A DNA stretch of 63,461 bases, counting the filler, from Octopus bimaculoides (Eukaryota), in NCBI RefSeq assembly GCF_001194135.2. It is 6 parts of 5 records of this genome, joined end to end, with 100 filler letters (N's around TTAATTAATTAA, not from the genome) between each part and the next. Parts side by side here need not be neighbours in the genome. Positions count along the whole stretch, not along the records: positions 1 to 28,724 come from NC_068985.1; 5 more parts are not named here. One strand, written 5' to 3'. The translations under genes were made by a program, and so were the position numbers. The notes under the pieces were generated by a model. The model was not told the DNA's origin. It ran no database searches and saw nothing but the letters and a program-made list of their open reading frames with translations. Below, piece after piece: positions 1 to 12,869 of the stretch; position 1 is the first letter of the stretch, and the number at the start of each line of letters is the position of its first letter.

Positions 1-32
1 AAACCTGTGTCCTTTATATATATATATATATA

Positions 33-130
33 GTTTTAGGGAAAATAACCAAGTTTCAAGAACTCATCGATGAAAATCCACTATCACATATAGAAAAATT
101 AATAATTAAAAGCACAATAAATGAGTATAA
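33..130. repeat. Dispersed repeat next to (TA)n, possibly a decayed PLE terminal repeat; second copy at ~41733-41875
   Basis: gaactcatcgatgaaaatccactatcacatatagaaaaatt (~60-100) matches gaactcatccatgaaaatccacagtcacatatagaaaaatt (~41737-41776). Both copies abut (TA)n. Confidence 0.5.
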
Positions 131-444
131 TATAAAGTATAGTAAATATCATAAGATAAATATAATAAAAAAGATTACCCGTGTTTCATAACTAATTTTC
201 AAATAGAAAAGAAATTTAAATCGATTAAAACCAATTGAAATTATCAAAAATAAATTCTATTCAAAAATATAGCTACTCGTACATACATACATATATATAT
301 GTATGTATGTATGTATGTATATCACTTTAATATTATCGCCATAGATTCTCTGTAGAACTGACAACTGGCACTCTGATTTACAACGTTTCTCAAACAAATT
401 CTTCTATCTAAACAAATAGATTGAAATCAAAAAAATATATAATG

Positions 445-774
445 AGTGTATGTGTGCGTTTGTCATCCACCACTGCTTGACAACCAATGTGGCTTTTCAA
501 CCACTGCTTATCGCAGCGGTTTGTTAAAAATAGACCGATAGAATAAGGAGGGTTCCACTTACTGCGATCAACTAACAGCCTGCTCGTGAAATTAATGCGC
601 ATGTGGCTGAGCACTCCACAAACACGTGCACTCTTAACGTAGTTCTCAGGGAGATTCAACGCGACACAGAATGTATCAAACGGCTGACCCTTTACAATAC
701 AGCCTTAACTCATTTCTGTCAGCTGAGTGGACTGGAGCAACGTAAAATAAAGTACTTTGCTCAAGGACACAATG
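445..774 (-). mobile_element. Junction of two SINE fragments: 3' half of the composite SINE (+, ~445-547) and the body of the 46297-type SINE (-, ~548-774)
   Basis: caccactgcttgacaacc...gaccgatagaataag matches 5410-5490. ctgctcgtgaaattaa...gtggctgagcactccac...cttaacgtagttctc is the reverse complement of the body at 46550-46620. Confidence 0.7.
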
Positions 775-1124
775 AGTCATATAAGCAGAATACTCTAACC
801 ACTAAGTCATGCACCTTCACACACACACATACACATACACACACATATACATACACACACACAGAGATTGACAGATACAGAGACACAGACAGAGGTACGA
901 TGAATTTCTTTCAGTGGAAAACACTTGCCCAATGTGCAGCACAGGAGACCGACACGTTTTTATAGATATTAACAGAACAGACACATTTGCATAAATTGTA
1001 AACGGATAGAGTTACAAAAAGCACAAACTTGATTTACACGAAATATATATTCACAGGATTGGTACATAAGTGACTTTTGATAGGTGTAATAAAATAGGTT
1101 ACTGAGTGTTTTCAAACATTTGTG

Positions 1125-1417
1125 CCTTTGTGACGCCATGATGATCAAAAAGCTGAACCGATCTTCAACAATAAGCTCAAACCGTCCTGAAGAGGCCTTG
1201 TGACAGGTCTCGCACCAGATAGCTGAACGTGATATGGGAAGAACTCCAAATGCTTGAGGGCACTTTGGAAGAAGCAGAGAGGTTGGCACGGGACGGTCCG
1301 CGATGAAGAACACTGGTAGACCTGGTCGCCTCTATGTATGATGACGTCTCTGTGACCATTAACCTGAGATGAACATCAACCCATCAAGCAAGAGCATCAA
1401 GCAAGCAAGCAAGCAAC
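1125..1417 (+). mobile_element. 5'-truncated RTE-type LINE 3' end with (CAAG)n tail
   Basis: Translates as KRPCDRSRTR*LNVIWEELQMLEGTLEEAERLARDGPR*RTLVDLVAS, matching the RTE ORF end motif KRPRGRPRTRW...LA.DR..WR.LV with Trp codons decayed to stops. A caagcaagcaagcaag tail follows. Confidence 0.7.
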
Positions 1418-2009
1418 ATTTAAAAGGAGTAAAGTAAATGTCTGGGTAAGAAATTTTTCATCTGAGAATCCAAAACAGTGTTTCTCCTATAGGCACAAGT
1501 GATGAGATTTTGTAAAAGGGATCTATTCAATTATGTCGATCCCGGTGCTCGACACGTATTTACTTTATTGACATTATGTAATATGACAATGGAGAGACAC
1601 CCCTTTGCTATTCATACTTCAGAGATTATGGCTTTTGGTACATTGAGGCAACGTGCAGAAGTTGAATCGATAGTGTAAACAGAGTTTGATAGGACATACA
1701 TCATGTTGTAGCTTCTGTGTATAAAACCAATATTAGAATGGTTAGAGGGAGACCACATAGTAGAGTCTGATATCAATATTCTTTGATTGTACACTGTCTG
1801 CACATTCTAAAGGATATTTACATACGCAAACTCCAACATACATACATACATACATACACAAATATATGTGCATNNNNNNNNNNNNNNNNNNNNNNNNNNN
1901 NNNNNNNNNNNNNNNNNNNNNNNNNNNNNNNNNNNNNNNNNNNNNNNNNNNNNNNNNNNNNNNNNNNNNNNNNTATATATATATGTGTCTATATATGCAT
2001 ATAGACATG

Positions 2010-2043
<34 letters not shown>

Positions 2044-3965
2044 TGTATGTATGTATGCATGTATGTATGTATATGAAAATTCCCCTTGGTACAAAATATA
2101 TAATTTTGCGTTATAAAAGTATTTATTTATATATCTGCCGATGTGCGTGTCTAGTTCTATGAGTTTGCGTGTGTTCAATGTACGATTTGCATATGCACAT
2201 ATATTAAGTTTTATTTAACATATTTCTAGACAAATCAAGCTTAAAACCCTCTCAGCAATGTAATAGACTTTGGCATCAGAATACTGTTTAATAGATATAT
2301 TGGAGGCAACGATGTATATATACACGTTGCATATATACATACAAATATCCACTCAGTCGTACATACATATATACGTACATACATACAAACACACATACTT
2401 ACTTACTTAATTAATTAATTACATATATACAAATTTACACGAAAAACTAGAAATATTAGATTTTTCGAAGAAAGAGCCAAAAAAACTGACACGCATTTTC
2501 CAAATCCAATCTATTAGCAGGAATGTGAAGGTTTTATAAAACATTCAAAAGATTCTGCATCTGAGATATTTTAGATGAAGAGTAGAATATGCGTGGGTAT
2601 GCGCAACAACAGCTCAACCATCACACTAACTAAACCATATATTTACAAATATCGCGATCTCACACAACTAACAAAATCTTGTCGCTTTGCTAACGACCGG
2701 CTTGAGGTCTCTTCAGAAGAAGTTAAGCAAAACACAAATAAAAAAACATACATATAGTTTGAACATTTGCAAAATATTTCAGGGGTTCATCATTCGAGGT
2801 ACTTTGTTGAACATATAGAAACAATCGCATACATATGCATGCGAGTGTTTGCGTGCGTGTGGGTGTTTGCGTGCGTGTGTATGTGCGTATCTGTGTCTGT
2901 GTATATATATATATATAAATATATATATATAGAGAGAGAGAGAGAGAGGGAAGGAGAGAGATAATGAGGGAGAGAGAGAATATATGTTCACGTTTAAACG
3001 TAAACAGTACTAAAACTTGCATTCTTTTCTTCTGTTGTGACAAGTACACCTGGAAGTGAATATTTAGCCATAAGTACCCACATCGACGCAACGCACACAC
3101 ACAAACATTTGTTGACATCATCCAACCCAGCTAACCACAAACATTGAGAGCTATTTTGCACTAGCAAACCGGCTTTCCAATTTGTTAGCTACCGCCTTGA
3201 TTCTGAAAAAGAAATTGACTAAAATAACTTCCAAAGAGAATATGCATATATGCATACACACTTAAATATATGATGGCTTCAACGAAGTTGCGCGCAATGG
3301 TATCCCTTGATTGTTTTCTAAAACTTTTACAGCATGTATGTGGCTTTGCAGTCGTGGAAGGGACCTACACTTTTTCGCCAGATATGTCAACGTTGGGCGC
3401 CTTTTGCAGCAGATGTTTAGAGAGATTACCACTTACGCTTACACCTGCCTTCATCCTATCATGAAAAATTTCATTGAATGTTTTGCATTTCTGAACTTCG
3501 GCCACCCATAGTATGTAACACATATAGAGATGTAAAAAAAAATCAAGCGATGCCCGTGCCTGAAGCTTTTTAAAGTGAAGAAAGGTGTTGCACAGTGCTA
3601 ATCGTGCTCTCTAAACAATGTACATCAGGTCAATCCTATTGCTACTAATAAAATATAATATTACCCAGAACAACTGTTTCATAGGGAGAGCGTCGTCAAC
3701 TAAACCGGCAACCCTACCAAGACTGCTTAGTAAGATGGGTGTTTCTCGTTGGGCAACCTGAAGTTCGAAGGACAAAACTTGTCAAAGACCGGATGAACAC
3801 ACTAGAGTAAGCGGCCTTCCAAGAGCTGGAAGTAAGAGACGCGTGTTTGTTTAGACATCATTGGATGCAATTTTCTTTGCATCCAATTCTTCTTCTATGG
3901 TAAATTCATGTGTATGTGTATAAATATATATATAATAAAATGAGAAGAAATGCGCCCTTTTGAAG

Positions 3966-4195
3966 CCTAACCAGGGTCAAGGGCCCGGTTTCCCAGTTTC
4001 AGTGGCGTACATGTTCCCCAGCTGGACGTGACGCCAGTCCATCGCAGCGACTCATTTTTGCCAACTGAGTGGAATGGGGCAACGTGAAATGAAGTGTTTT
4101 GCTCAAGAACACAACGCGTCGCCCGGTCCAGGAATTGAAACCACAATCTTACGATCATGATGGTGACACCTTAACCACTAGGCCACGCGCCTCCA
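3966..4195 (-). mobile_element. tRNA-derived SINE, near full length, V-domain-like body
   Basis: Minus strand begins tggaggcgcgtggcctagtggttaagg (A box) and ggtttcaattcc (B box). The body contains gcgatggactggcgtcacgtccag, resembling the V-SINE central domain. Confidence 0.75.
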
Positions 4196-4224
4196 CATAA
4201 ATATATATAGTCAAATGAAATAAA

Positions 4225-4385
4225 CGAACATTGAAAATAACAATAGCAAACAAGAGAACGTGTTCATGGAATGTATTAGATTGATGTGCAGTAAAAGGAG
4301 AGAATTTTTGACGTTTCGAGAGCATAGATCTTTGTCGGAAAGGAAAAAGAAAAAAGAGAAAAGTCCAAAGAAGGAGAAAACCCAT
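4225..4385 (-). mobile_element. Decayed PLE-type terminal repeat carrying a minimal hammerhead relic
   Basis: Minus strand cttt-ccgacaa-a-gatctatgctctc-gaaa-cg-tc-aaaa (4342-4306). The upstream ttggactttt context is shared with the copies at 14600 and 16090. Confidence 0.45.
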
Positions 4386-4599
4386 CAGAACCACACCACA
4401 CACCACATCACACCCCTCCGCACACACTAGCACTGACAACTTGCCATCACCAACACCATTATCTACACATCCACACATTACACACACATTACAGATGGTC
4501 ACACACAGGCACACGTTCACATGTTAAAGTCACCAACCCCTATCCACACACACTCACTTACACACTTTCACATACACATGCTCGTGCACCTTCGTTTTG

Positions 4600-4838
4600 G
4601 GATCATCAAAACTTTATTATCTCCCATTCTTCCTAGTTCACCAGCCGCCATGATTGACTGCTAGCTCCAAAAGATTTTATATTTTCTGTTTATTTCTCGT
4701 GATCCTTTCTGTTCAGGAACATAGGCTCGGAACGTAAAAGATTTTCTCATCTACCGGAGCGTTAAACTAATACAGCTGTTTGTGTTTTATACACCTGTCT
4801 TCGTCCTTTGTTTTTCTATAAATTTCAACTATATATAT
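4600..4838 (+). mobile_element. Decayed PLE-type terminal repeat carrying a minimal hammerhead relic, ending in (TA)n
   Basis: cttt-ctgttca-ggaacataggctc-ggaa-cg-ta-aaag at 4705-4740, followed by a T-rich tail and tatatatac. Confidence 0.45.
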
Positions 4839-5184
4839 ACAGGGCTGGCCAAAAGTCACCCGACAGTAACTTGTGAACCTCAAGCCATCAGTCTTATTAT
4901 TTATGATTCACCTTGCTCAGAACCTTCCATGCGTTTGAATCTGGATTCTATAGTCGAGTGTGGAATACAAGTAGTGCATGCAGGCAAGTGTCACTTTGAA
5001 GAGACGTGTTGTGTATTCTCTCAGTATGAGTGCATTACTGGAAGGACAAATTCGTATTTACTTTTTAATAAGTACGTATTTGTCAATACACCGGTGCGCT
5101 ATTCCCAGAATCTACCTTGGTACCTTTACTATTTAGATACCTGATCCTAAAAAATTCATTAAACACACAATTTTATTATACATA

Positions 5185-5610
5185 GGCGCAGGCGTTTCTG
5201 TGTGATAAGAAGCCTGCTTTCCAACCACATGATTCCGGGTTCAGTCCCACTGTGTAGCACGTTGGACAAATGTCTTCCTTGGGCCGAACAAAGCCTTGTA
5301 GGTGGATTTGGTAGACGAAAACTGAAAGAAGCCCGTCATATAAATATATGTATATGTGTGTGTGTTTGTGTGTGTGTGTGTTTGTGTCTCTGTGTGCCTG
5401 TGTTTGTCGCCCACCATCGCTTGACAACCGATGTTAGTGTGTTTAACGTCCCCGTAACTTATCGGTTCGGCAAAAGAGACCGATAGAATAAGTACTAAGC
5501 TTACAAAGAATACGTCTTAAGGTCGATTTCTTCGATTAAAGGTGGTTCTGGCATGGCCGCAGTCAAATTGCTGAAACAAGTAAAAGAATAAAAGAATAAA
5601 AGAATAAAAG
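5185..5610 (+). mobile_element. Full-length composite SINE: tRNA head, CORE-like segment, internal (TA/TG)n, 3' module, (AAAAGAAT)n tail
   Basis: taggcgcagg head; ggttcagtccc B box; ttggacaaatgtcttc (CORE-like cttgggcaagt); gaagcccgtc followed by a microsatellite; ccaccatcgcttgacaaccg 3' module; taaaagaataaaagaataaaag tail. Confidence 0.8.
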
Positions 5611-5629
5611 TATACATACATGTGTGAAT

Positions 5630-6035
5630 ACTGCCATTGGTGAATGCTGCCGTAATCCTTGCCTTCAGTTCATCTTTGGTGTTACAAGGAATCTTGTTGG
5701 TCTCTCGCTCAACTGCGCCCCATACATAATAATCAAAGAGGTTGTAGTATGGGGAGTTAGGTGGCCAGATGTTAGGGGTGTTGTGGTCGCAGAAATTGTC
5801 TGACAGCCATGACTAAGTTTTCTTGCTTCTGTAGCATGGTGCAGAGTCTTGTTGCCAGATATAGGGTCTTCCAGCAGTCACCTTCTTGATCCAGGAGAGC
5901 CTTACCTCCTCCAGGCACTTCACTTGATATAGGCTTCTGTGTTGAGCCTGAGGCTGTGTGGAAAGTTTGATTTTTATCACTCTCGAAACATGATCTCAGA
6001 TTTCACTATCCTCAGATTGACACCCAAACACACGA
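5630..6035 (-). mobile_element. Internally deleted Tc1/mariner-superfamily transposon (maT/DD37D-like), same family as 12870-14495
   Basis: Minus translation EEVRLSWIKKVTAGRPYIWQQDSAPC...NIWPPNSPYYNLFDYYVWGAVERETNKIPCNTKDELKARI, joined to the N-terminal piece CLGVNLRIVK. Confidence 0.75.
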
Positions 6036-6760
6036 CACTTGCTGAACGTGGAACCATGTGACTGGAAAGCAAACTTCTTAATATACAGCCATTGAACTTA
6101 TCCCACATATGCCAGCCGCTTGGACGAGTGGCAACAGAGTTGCGCGCAAGTTTATACACAAATATGAGTTTGCTTCGTGGACTGGGCAGAGCATTGTGCC
6201 CTTGTGCAAGTCGCTTTACTTCATCTAACTCAAGACTACCCAAATGTCACGTTCTGCATATTCCTCCAAGTCAAAGCTGGAAGAAGCGGGAAGTTGAGTA
6301 TGTCTGCCCAGACTACATAGGCAAATAAACCAATTAACATAAGCATGGTCCATACTCAAAAGTCAAACTTTCTTGAGAGTACCGGTTAATATTTGGGTAA
6401 CGTGTTTTCTATAGCTAGGCGTCCGTCTTCCTCTCACCATGATATTTTCTAATCAACACGAAGTCTAAACGTAATATATAATAGAACTAGACAGTAATAT
6501 TATAAACTACTATGTTTAAATATTCAAGCTGCATTTATCCATATGTTGTTTTCTTATTTCGAGTGCTACACGCTATCGGTGCAAAGTAATATTTATTGAA
6601 GTCAGTGTAGTTATTCAACAGATAACATTTTTCTTCCTACCTTTTCTAAACTCACTGAACAACTGCAAATGTTTGTCAATAAAAATCTTCTAAATGGATA
6701 AATTGCAGCTGCTGAAAAGGTACACAAATATGTACGTGCGAGATTATGTGTATATCATTA

Positions 6761-6793
<33 letters not shown>

Positions 6794-7520
6794 TGCATGT
6801 ATGTATGTATGTATGACTATATACGTATGCACATGTATATGTGGGTATATATATATATACATATTATATATGTATATATATATATGTATATATATGTATA
6901 TATAAACACATATTATATATGTATGTATATATTATATATATGTATATATATTATATTATATACATGTATATATATACATATATATATTATATATATATGT
7001 ATATTATATATATATATATNNNNNNNNNNNNNNNNNNNNNNNNNNNNNNNNNNNNNNNNNNNNNNNNNNNNNNNNNNNNNNNNNNNNNNNNNNNNNNNNN
7101 NNNNNNNNNNNNNNNNNNNNNNNNNNNNNNNNNNNNNNNNNNNNNNNNNNNNNNNNNNNNNNNNNNNNNNNNNNNNNNNNNNNNNNNNNNNNNNNNNNNN
7201 NNNNNNNNNNNNNNNNNNNNNNNNNNNNNNNNNNNNNNNNNNNNNNNNNNNNNNNNNNNNNNNNNNNNNNNNNNNNNNNNNNNNNNNNNNNNNNNNNNNN
7301 NNNNNNNNNNNNNNNNNNNNNNNNNNNNNNNNNNNNNNNNNNNNNNNNNNNNNNNATACATATATATATATATATAAATAATCGTCCACGTAAGTATAGG
7401 ATTCTGTGAGAGTTTACGCGTGTATCTATCTCTTTATTTGCGTGTTTTTTATCAGCTTTATATAAATCACTTTTGCCTGTTAAGTTATCCATTTAGAAGA
7501 TTTACATTGAAACACACACA

Positions 7521-7567
<47 letters not shown>

Positions 7568-8642
7568 CGTGCATCTGTATGTTTCTACTTATATGTATAC
7601 AGAGAACAACAAATGTTTGTGTTTGTGGGCGTCTGTCTGTCTGTGTGCGTGCGTGTGTTTATTTACATATATTTGTACATATGCACACACGTGCTGAATA
7701 TATATTCATTGAATATATATATGCATTGCGAATATGGCTGCTAATTCTCTTCGCCAAAAAACATAGTAGATTTAACTGTATATGTTCGAAAAGCAACTAT
7801 ATCTAAGCGTCTGAAAAATATCGAAGTTTCTACCTCAATCGTGATGAATTTCCACAACACTCGCACTAGATCAGTTTCTTTGATGTCCAACTTCTATGTG
7901 TATGCTAGACACGAGCGTGTATCTGAACTAGTTACAATGTTTTATCAATACTGTAATCCAAACGTCAAATCAGAGTTTGGAAGTCCAATATCTACCGAAA
8001 TATCATTCCCAACGAGAGAGATTTCTCTGAAAACAAAGACCAAAGCTCAAAACTTGCTTACACGCTCAAACCAGCTAAATATTAACACTCGTAAAATTTG
8101 AGATTGGAATAAATTGATTCTTGGAAGATGCTCTAGCAATAAACATAAGAGGGCTTTAGAAAGCATTGAAATGAACTCTTTAGCGTTTCCTACGCATATA
8201 GTTATTTTTATAACTCCAGTGAATTAAGAATAGGACTATTGTTTGCGGTATATGTTACTCATAATATATCATCAAAAGTTAACTGAAGTACGAAATATTC
8301 TATCAAATAGTAGCAATACTTTCACGTTTTTAGCCAAGTAGGTGAGCCGGATGAGTGATATAAAACTATTTGTTTGTGGATGGAAGTACAAATCATGAAT
8401 CATAGCAGCATAAGCGATGTAAACTTCTTTTTAAATCAGGAATAGGTATATTGTCTCCAGTATGTATACAAAAGAATTCTGTTCAAGCCAGTCTTCTTCT
8501 TATATGAATTATATACTTATATACTTATACACTACTTACGTATTATGTATATATACGTATATATACTCATACAATACTTCATTGAACGAGATACGATTTC
8601 TAAAACATTGGAAGGAATATACCCTAAAATTAAATAAGCGTT

Positions 8643-8859
8643 TTTTCTATTCTTTTACTTGTTTCAGTCATTTGACTGCGGACATGCTGGAGCACTGCGT
8701 TAAAGGATTTTAGTATTCCTTATAAGCTTAGTACTTATTCTATCGTTTACGTTATGCCGAACCGGTAAGGTACGGAGAAGTAAATACATCAACATCTGTT
8801 CTCAAATGATGGCAGGGGGGAACACAGACACGCAGATACAGACACAGACACTGACAAAC

Positions 8860-8894
<35 letters not shown>

Positions 8895-9190
8895 NNNNNN
8901 NNNNNNNNNNNNNNNNNNNNNNNNNNNNNNNNNNNNNNNNNNNNNNNNNNNNNNNNNNNNNNNNNNNNNNNNNNNNNNNNNNNNNNNNNNNNNNNNNNNN
9001 NNNNNNNNNNNNNNNNNNNNNNNAAATGTATGTATGTACGACGGGCTTCTTTCAATTTCTCTCTACCAAATTCACTTGCAAAGGTTTGGTCGCCCCGAGG
9101 CTATAGTAGAAGACGCCACACGTTGGGACTGAACCTGGAGTCATGTGGTTAAGAATCAATCTACCTATCACACAGCCATGCTTGCGCCTA
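8643..9190 (-). mobile_element. Full-length composite SINE with an assembly gap in its internal (TA)n
   Basis: Reverse complement of the 5185-5610 modules lies on both sides of the N-run 8895-9023. Confidence 0.8.
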
Positions 9191-10097
9191 AGTATAATAT
9201 ACTAAAGCTTTCAAGCTAACTACTCAGAGATTGCATCATAAACAATATAGTGGGAATAAAGTTACCTTCTCGAGACTTAGGACCCAACGAGTCGGTTACT
9301 AGGTTTCCATTGCGTATACTTGACTGAGGTCACAATATTAAGCGTAATTGTCCGTCGCAAGTTTACTGGTTTACACCTGAGTAGACTGGATCCACGTGTA
9401 ATGTTGCGTTTTGCTCAAGAAATCAACTACCTGTCCCGGTTGGAAATCGAAACAACGGTCTTGCATTCGTGAGTACAACGCCCTATCCATCAGGTCGTAA
9501 AGAGATAGATTACATTTGCAAATAGATTACTTGTGAAACACAACTTATCTTGTTTTCAAGTGGAAGCGTCTTAAATGTTGAAACTAAAGGGGCTATAAAA
9601 CTCTTAAACTTTTAGATAAACATTTCTTCGCACACCAGTGTTATTAGCTGAAGATCCAGCTACGTATCGTGAATTTCAGCAGCTCCTCTTCTTCTAATAT
9701 GAAATCTAAAATAGAATGCAAGACACTGCCAACGTAAATTTACGACGTTTATGCAGAAAGGATGAATAACCTCTAGGCCAAGCTGAAACATTAACTTAAT
9801 CAGATGGCTGACACATCTGTGGCTTCAGTTACGCTGAGTTAATCAACAGACGAAAAGTTATGCAAGCACAATATAGGGCCGCCGATTTAAGGAAAGATTC
9901 TACAACAATTTAACAAATTTCAAACATTCTGGTAAAGTGATAGTTACAGCATTGTCAGTTGTATATGGTCTTTGACAGAAAGATGACTATAATATCAGTT
10001 TCAATGCATTCAAAAACACAAAGGTTTGTCGAAACGGAACTATGAATTGCAGACTCATTCTAACAGAGCAGAGGGAAATTCTACAAATTCTGCAAAT

Positions 10098-10120
10098 TTC
10101 TTCTTCTTCTTCTTCTTCTT

Positions 10121-10218
<98 letters not shown>
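10098..10218. repeat. Compound (TTC)n-(TTA)n microsatellite running into a gap
   Basis: Directly visible. Confidence 0.95.
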
Positions 10219-10804
10219 NNNNNNNNNNNNNNNNNNNNNNNNNNNNNNNNNNNNNNNNNNNNNNNNNNNNNNNNNNNNNNNNNNNNNNNNNNNNNNNNNN
10301 NNNNNNNNNNNNNNNNNNNNNNNNNNNNNNNNNNNNNNNNNNNNNNNNNNNNNNNNNNNNNNNNNNNNNNNNNNNNNNNNNNNNNNNNNNNNNNNNNNNN
10401 NNNNNNNNNNNNNNNNNNNNNNNNNNNNNNNNNNNNNNNNNNNNNNNNNNNNNNNNNNNNNNNNNNNNNNNNNNNNNNNNNNNNNNNNNNNNNNNNNNNN
10501 NNNNNNNNNNNNNNNNNNNNNNNNNNNNNNNNNNNNNNNNNNNNNNNNNNNNNNNNNNNNNNNNNNNNNNNNNNNNNNNNNNNNNNNNNNNNNNNNNNNN
10601 NNNNNNNNNNNNNNNNNNNNNNNNNNNNNNNNNNNNNNNNNNNNNNNNNNNNNNNNNNNNNNNNNNNNNNNNNNNNNNNNNNNNNNNNNNNNNNNNNNNN
10701 NNNNNNNNNNNNNNNNNNNNNNNNNNNNNNNNNNNNNNGTACTGGGCTTGCAGAAGTCCATTTTTTTTATACCATGACAAAACATGTACATGATAACATT
10801 TCAG

Positions 10805-10834
<30 letters not shown>

Positions 10835-10843
<9 letters not shown>

Positions 10844-11538
10844 ACTTGGGGATGGTCATCTTGCAAAACAAATATATAACTGATATTTATCATTAGCCAA
10901 CGGATTCGAAGCAATATCTCCTGTTTAGCTCATGCCACCCGAAACGCATCAAAAGTAGTATCCCTTTTAATTTAGCAAAAAGGATTTGCACAATAGTGTC
11001 TGACAGAAATACTCGGGACCTTCGTCTTCAAGACCTCAGAACAACACAAACTGAAAGACAATATCCACCCTCACATATAGACGTTGGAATTAAGCGTGCT
11101 AAGAAATTCGACATTGAAACCCTGAGAGCAACAAAATGTAACACAACATCTCATCTCAAAATACTACTGTATATACTCCCAACCCTAGAAGCAATGAGGC
11201 ATACAACACTATTGTACAAATTCTACCTATGCTCACTAGAAACTAAAAAATGAACAACATTCTGAAAACGCATAAAATCATCAAATGCAAAAAGCAACAC
11301 AAGTCGCTGAAAAGACTTCTAATAAATGCGAAGATTTACGCAACGAACACGAGAGCAACTGTTAAAAAATGTGGACGTCCAAATTGTAGAACATGCCTCA
11401 ACCTAGTGGAAGGCTTGGAATTCCTACTCAAACAAGGAGAGAGGTTCATAATTAACATCAGCTTCACTTGTGCTTCCGAAAATCTAATTTGTTACAGATT
11501 GCACAGGTCATGGACATAACTATATAGGAGAGACAAGT
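10835..11538 (+). mobile_element. PLE fragment (Neptune-like): RT thumb, Cys linker and start of GIY-YIG; decayed, runs into a gap
   Basis: TDIYH*PTDSKQYLLFSSCHPKRIKSSIPFNLAKRICTIVSD...; VKKCGRPNCRTCLNL...F..N.SFTCASENLI; after a frameshift, CTGHGHNYIGETS. Confidence 0.85.
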
Positions 11539-12869
11539 ANNNNNNNNNNNNNNNNNNNNNNNNNNNNNNNNNNNNNNNNNNNNNNNNNNNNNNNNNNNNN
11601 NNNNNNNNNNNNNNNNNNNNNNNNNNNNNNNNNNNNNNNNNNNNNNNNNNNNNNNNNNNNNNNNNNNNNNNNNNNNNNNNNNNNNNNNNNNNNNNNNNNN
11701 NNNNNNNNNNNNNNNNNNNNNNNNNNNNNNNNNNNNNNNNNNNNNNNNNNNNNNNNNNNNNNNNNNNNNNNNNNNNNNNNNNNNNNNNNNNNNNNNNNNN
11801 NNNNNNNNNNNNNNNNNNNNNNNNNNNNNNNNNNNNNNNNNNNNNNNNNNNNNNNNNNNNNNNNNNNNNNNNNNNNNNNNNNNNNNNNNNNNNNNNNNNN
11901 NNNNNNNNNNNNNNNNNNNNNNNNNNNNNNNNNNNNNNNNNNNNNNNNNNNNNNNNNNNNNNNNNNNNNNNNNNNNNNNNNNNNNNNNNNNNNNNNNNNN
12001 NNNNNNNNNNNNNNNNNNNNNNNNNNNNNNNNNNNNNNNNNNNNNNNNNNNNNNNNNNNNNNNNNNNNNNNNNNNNNNNNNNNNNNNNNNNNNNNNNNNN
12101 NNNNNNNNNNNNNNNNNNNNNNNNNNNNNNNNNNNNNNNNNNNNNNNNNNNNNNNNNNNNNNNNNNNNNNNNNNNNNNNNNNNNNNNNNNNNNNNNNNNN
12201 NNNNNNNNNNNNNNNNNNNNNNNNNNNNATGTGTGTGCATGCGTGTGTGTACGTGTATGTAAGTATATATATATAAACACATGCATATATAGAAAATGTG
12301 TGTGCCTGTGTGTATGTGTGTGCATGCGTGTGTGTACGTGTATGTAAGTATATATATATAAAAATACACATATGCATAGATGATTCTATTTACATCAGTC
12401 TTCACCTTAAGTTATACATTGAGGAGAGTTTTATTGAAAACAAACATATGTAGTTCTTCACACACTTGATAATTGGCATGAAGAAAAATAGTTATATTAC
12501 TTCAATAAACATTACTTCGATATCCGGTGCGACTCGACATTCCACGAACATATGAATAAGTATCACTGCAAAATTTAATTCTAAGCATTGTTTACTCGCC
12601 TTGATTATTGAAAGTTGTTATAGTGAGACGCAGATGTCTTCCTATTGGTAGCGAGCGTATGAATATGAATTTAACGTGCAGTCACGTAAACTTAGCCATA
12701 ACAAATTTCTTGTAGCTTTAACTAGTAAATAACTTGCTATCAAAATAGTTAATGAGGTGTAGATTGATGCGCAGAAATATAGCAACTGATTGCTACGAGA
12801 ATTCAACTTCAACGCATTAAAACAGAAGGGTGGAATATAATCCCAAATACTAAGCGTAGTCAACTATGT

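Noticed and set aside
170-210. Hammerhead look-alike on the minus strand (ttgaaaa-ttagttat-gaaa-cacggg-ta)
   Set aside because: The core is mutated at C3 and G8, the stem III palindrome is broken, and stems I and II are not convincing. At best a dead relic.
2680-2716. Minus-strand ctgaaga-gacc...ggtc hairpin
   Set aside because: Followed by GTTA instead of GAAA; a chance match.
3270-3511. Moderately GC-rich unique stretch with overlapping short ORFs, considered as an exon
   Set aside because: No recognisable domain in any frame and no convincing splice-bounded open frame.
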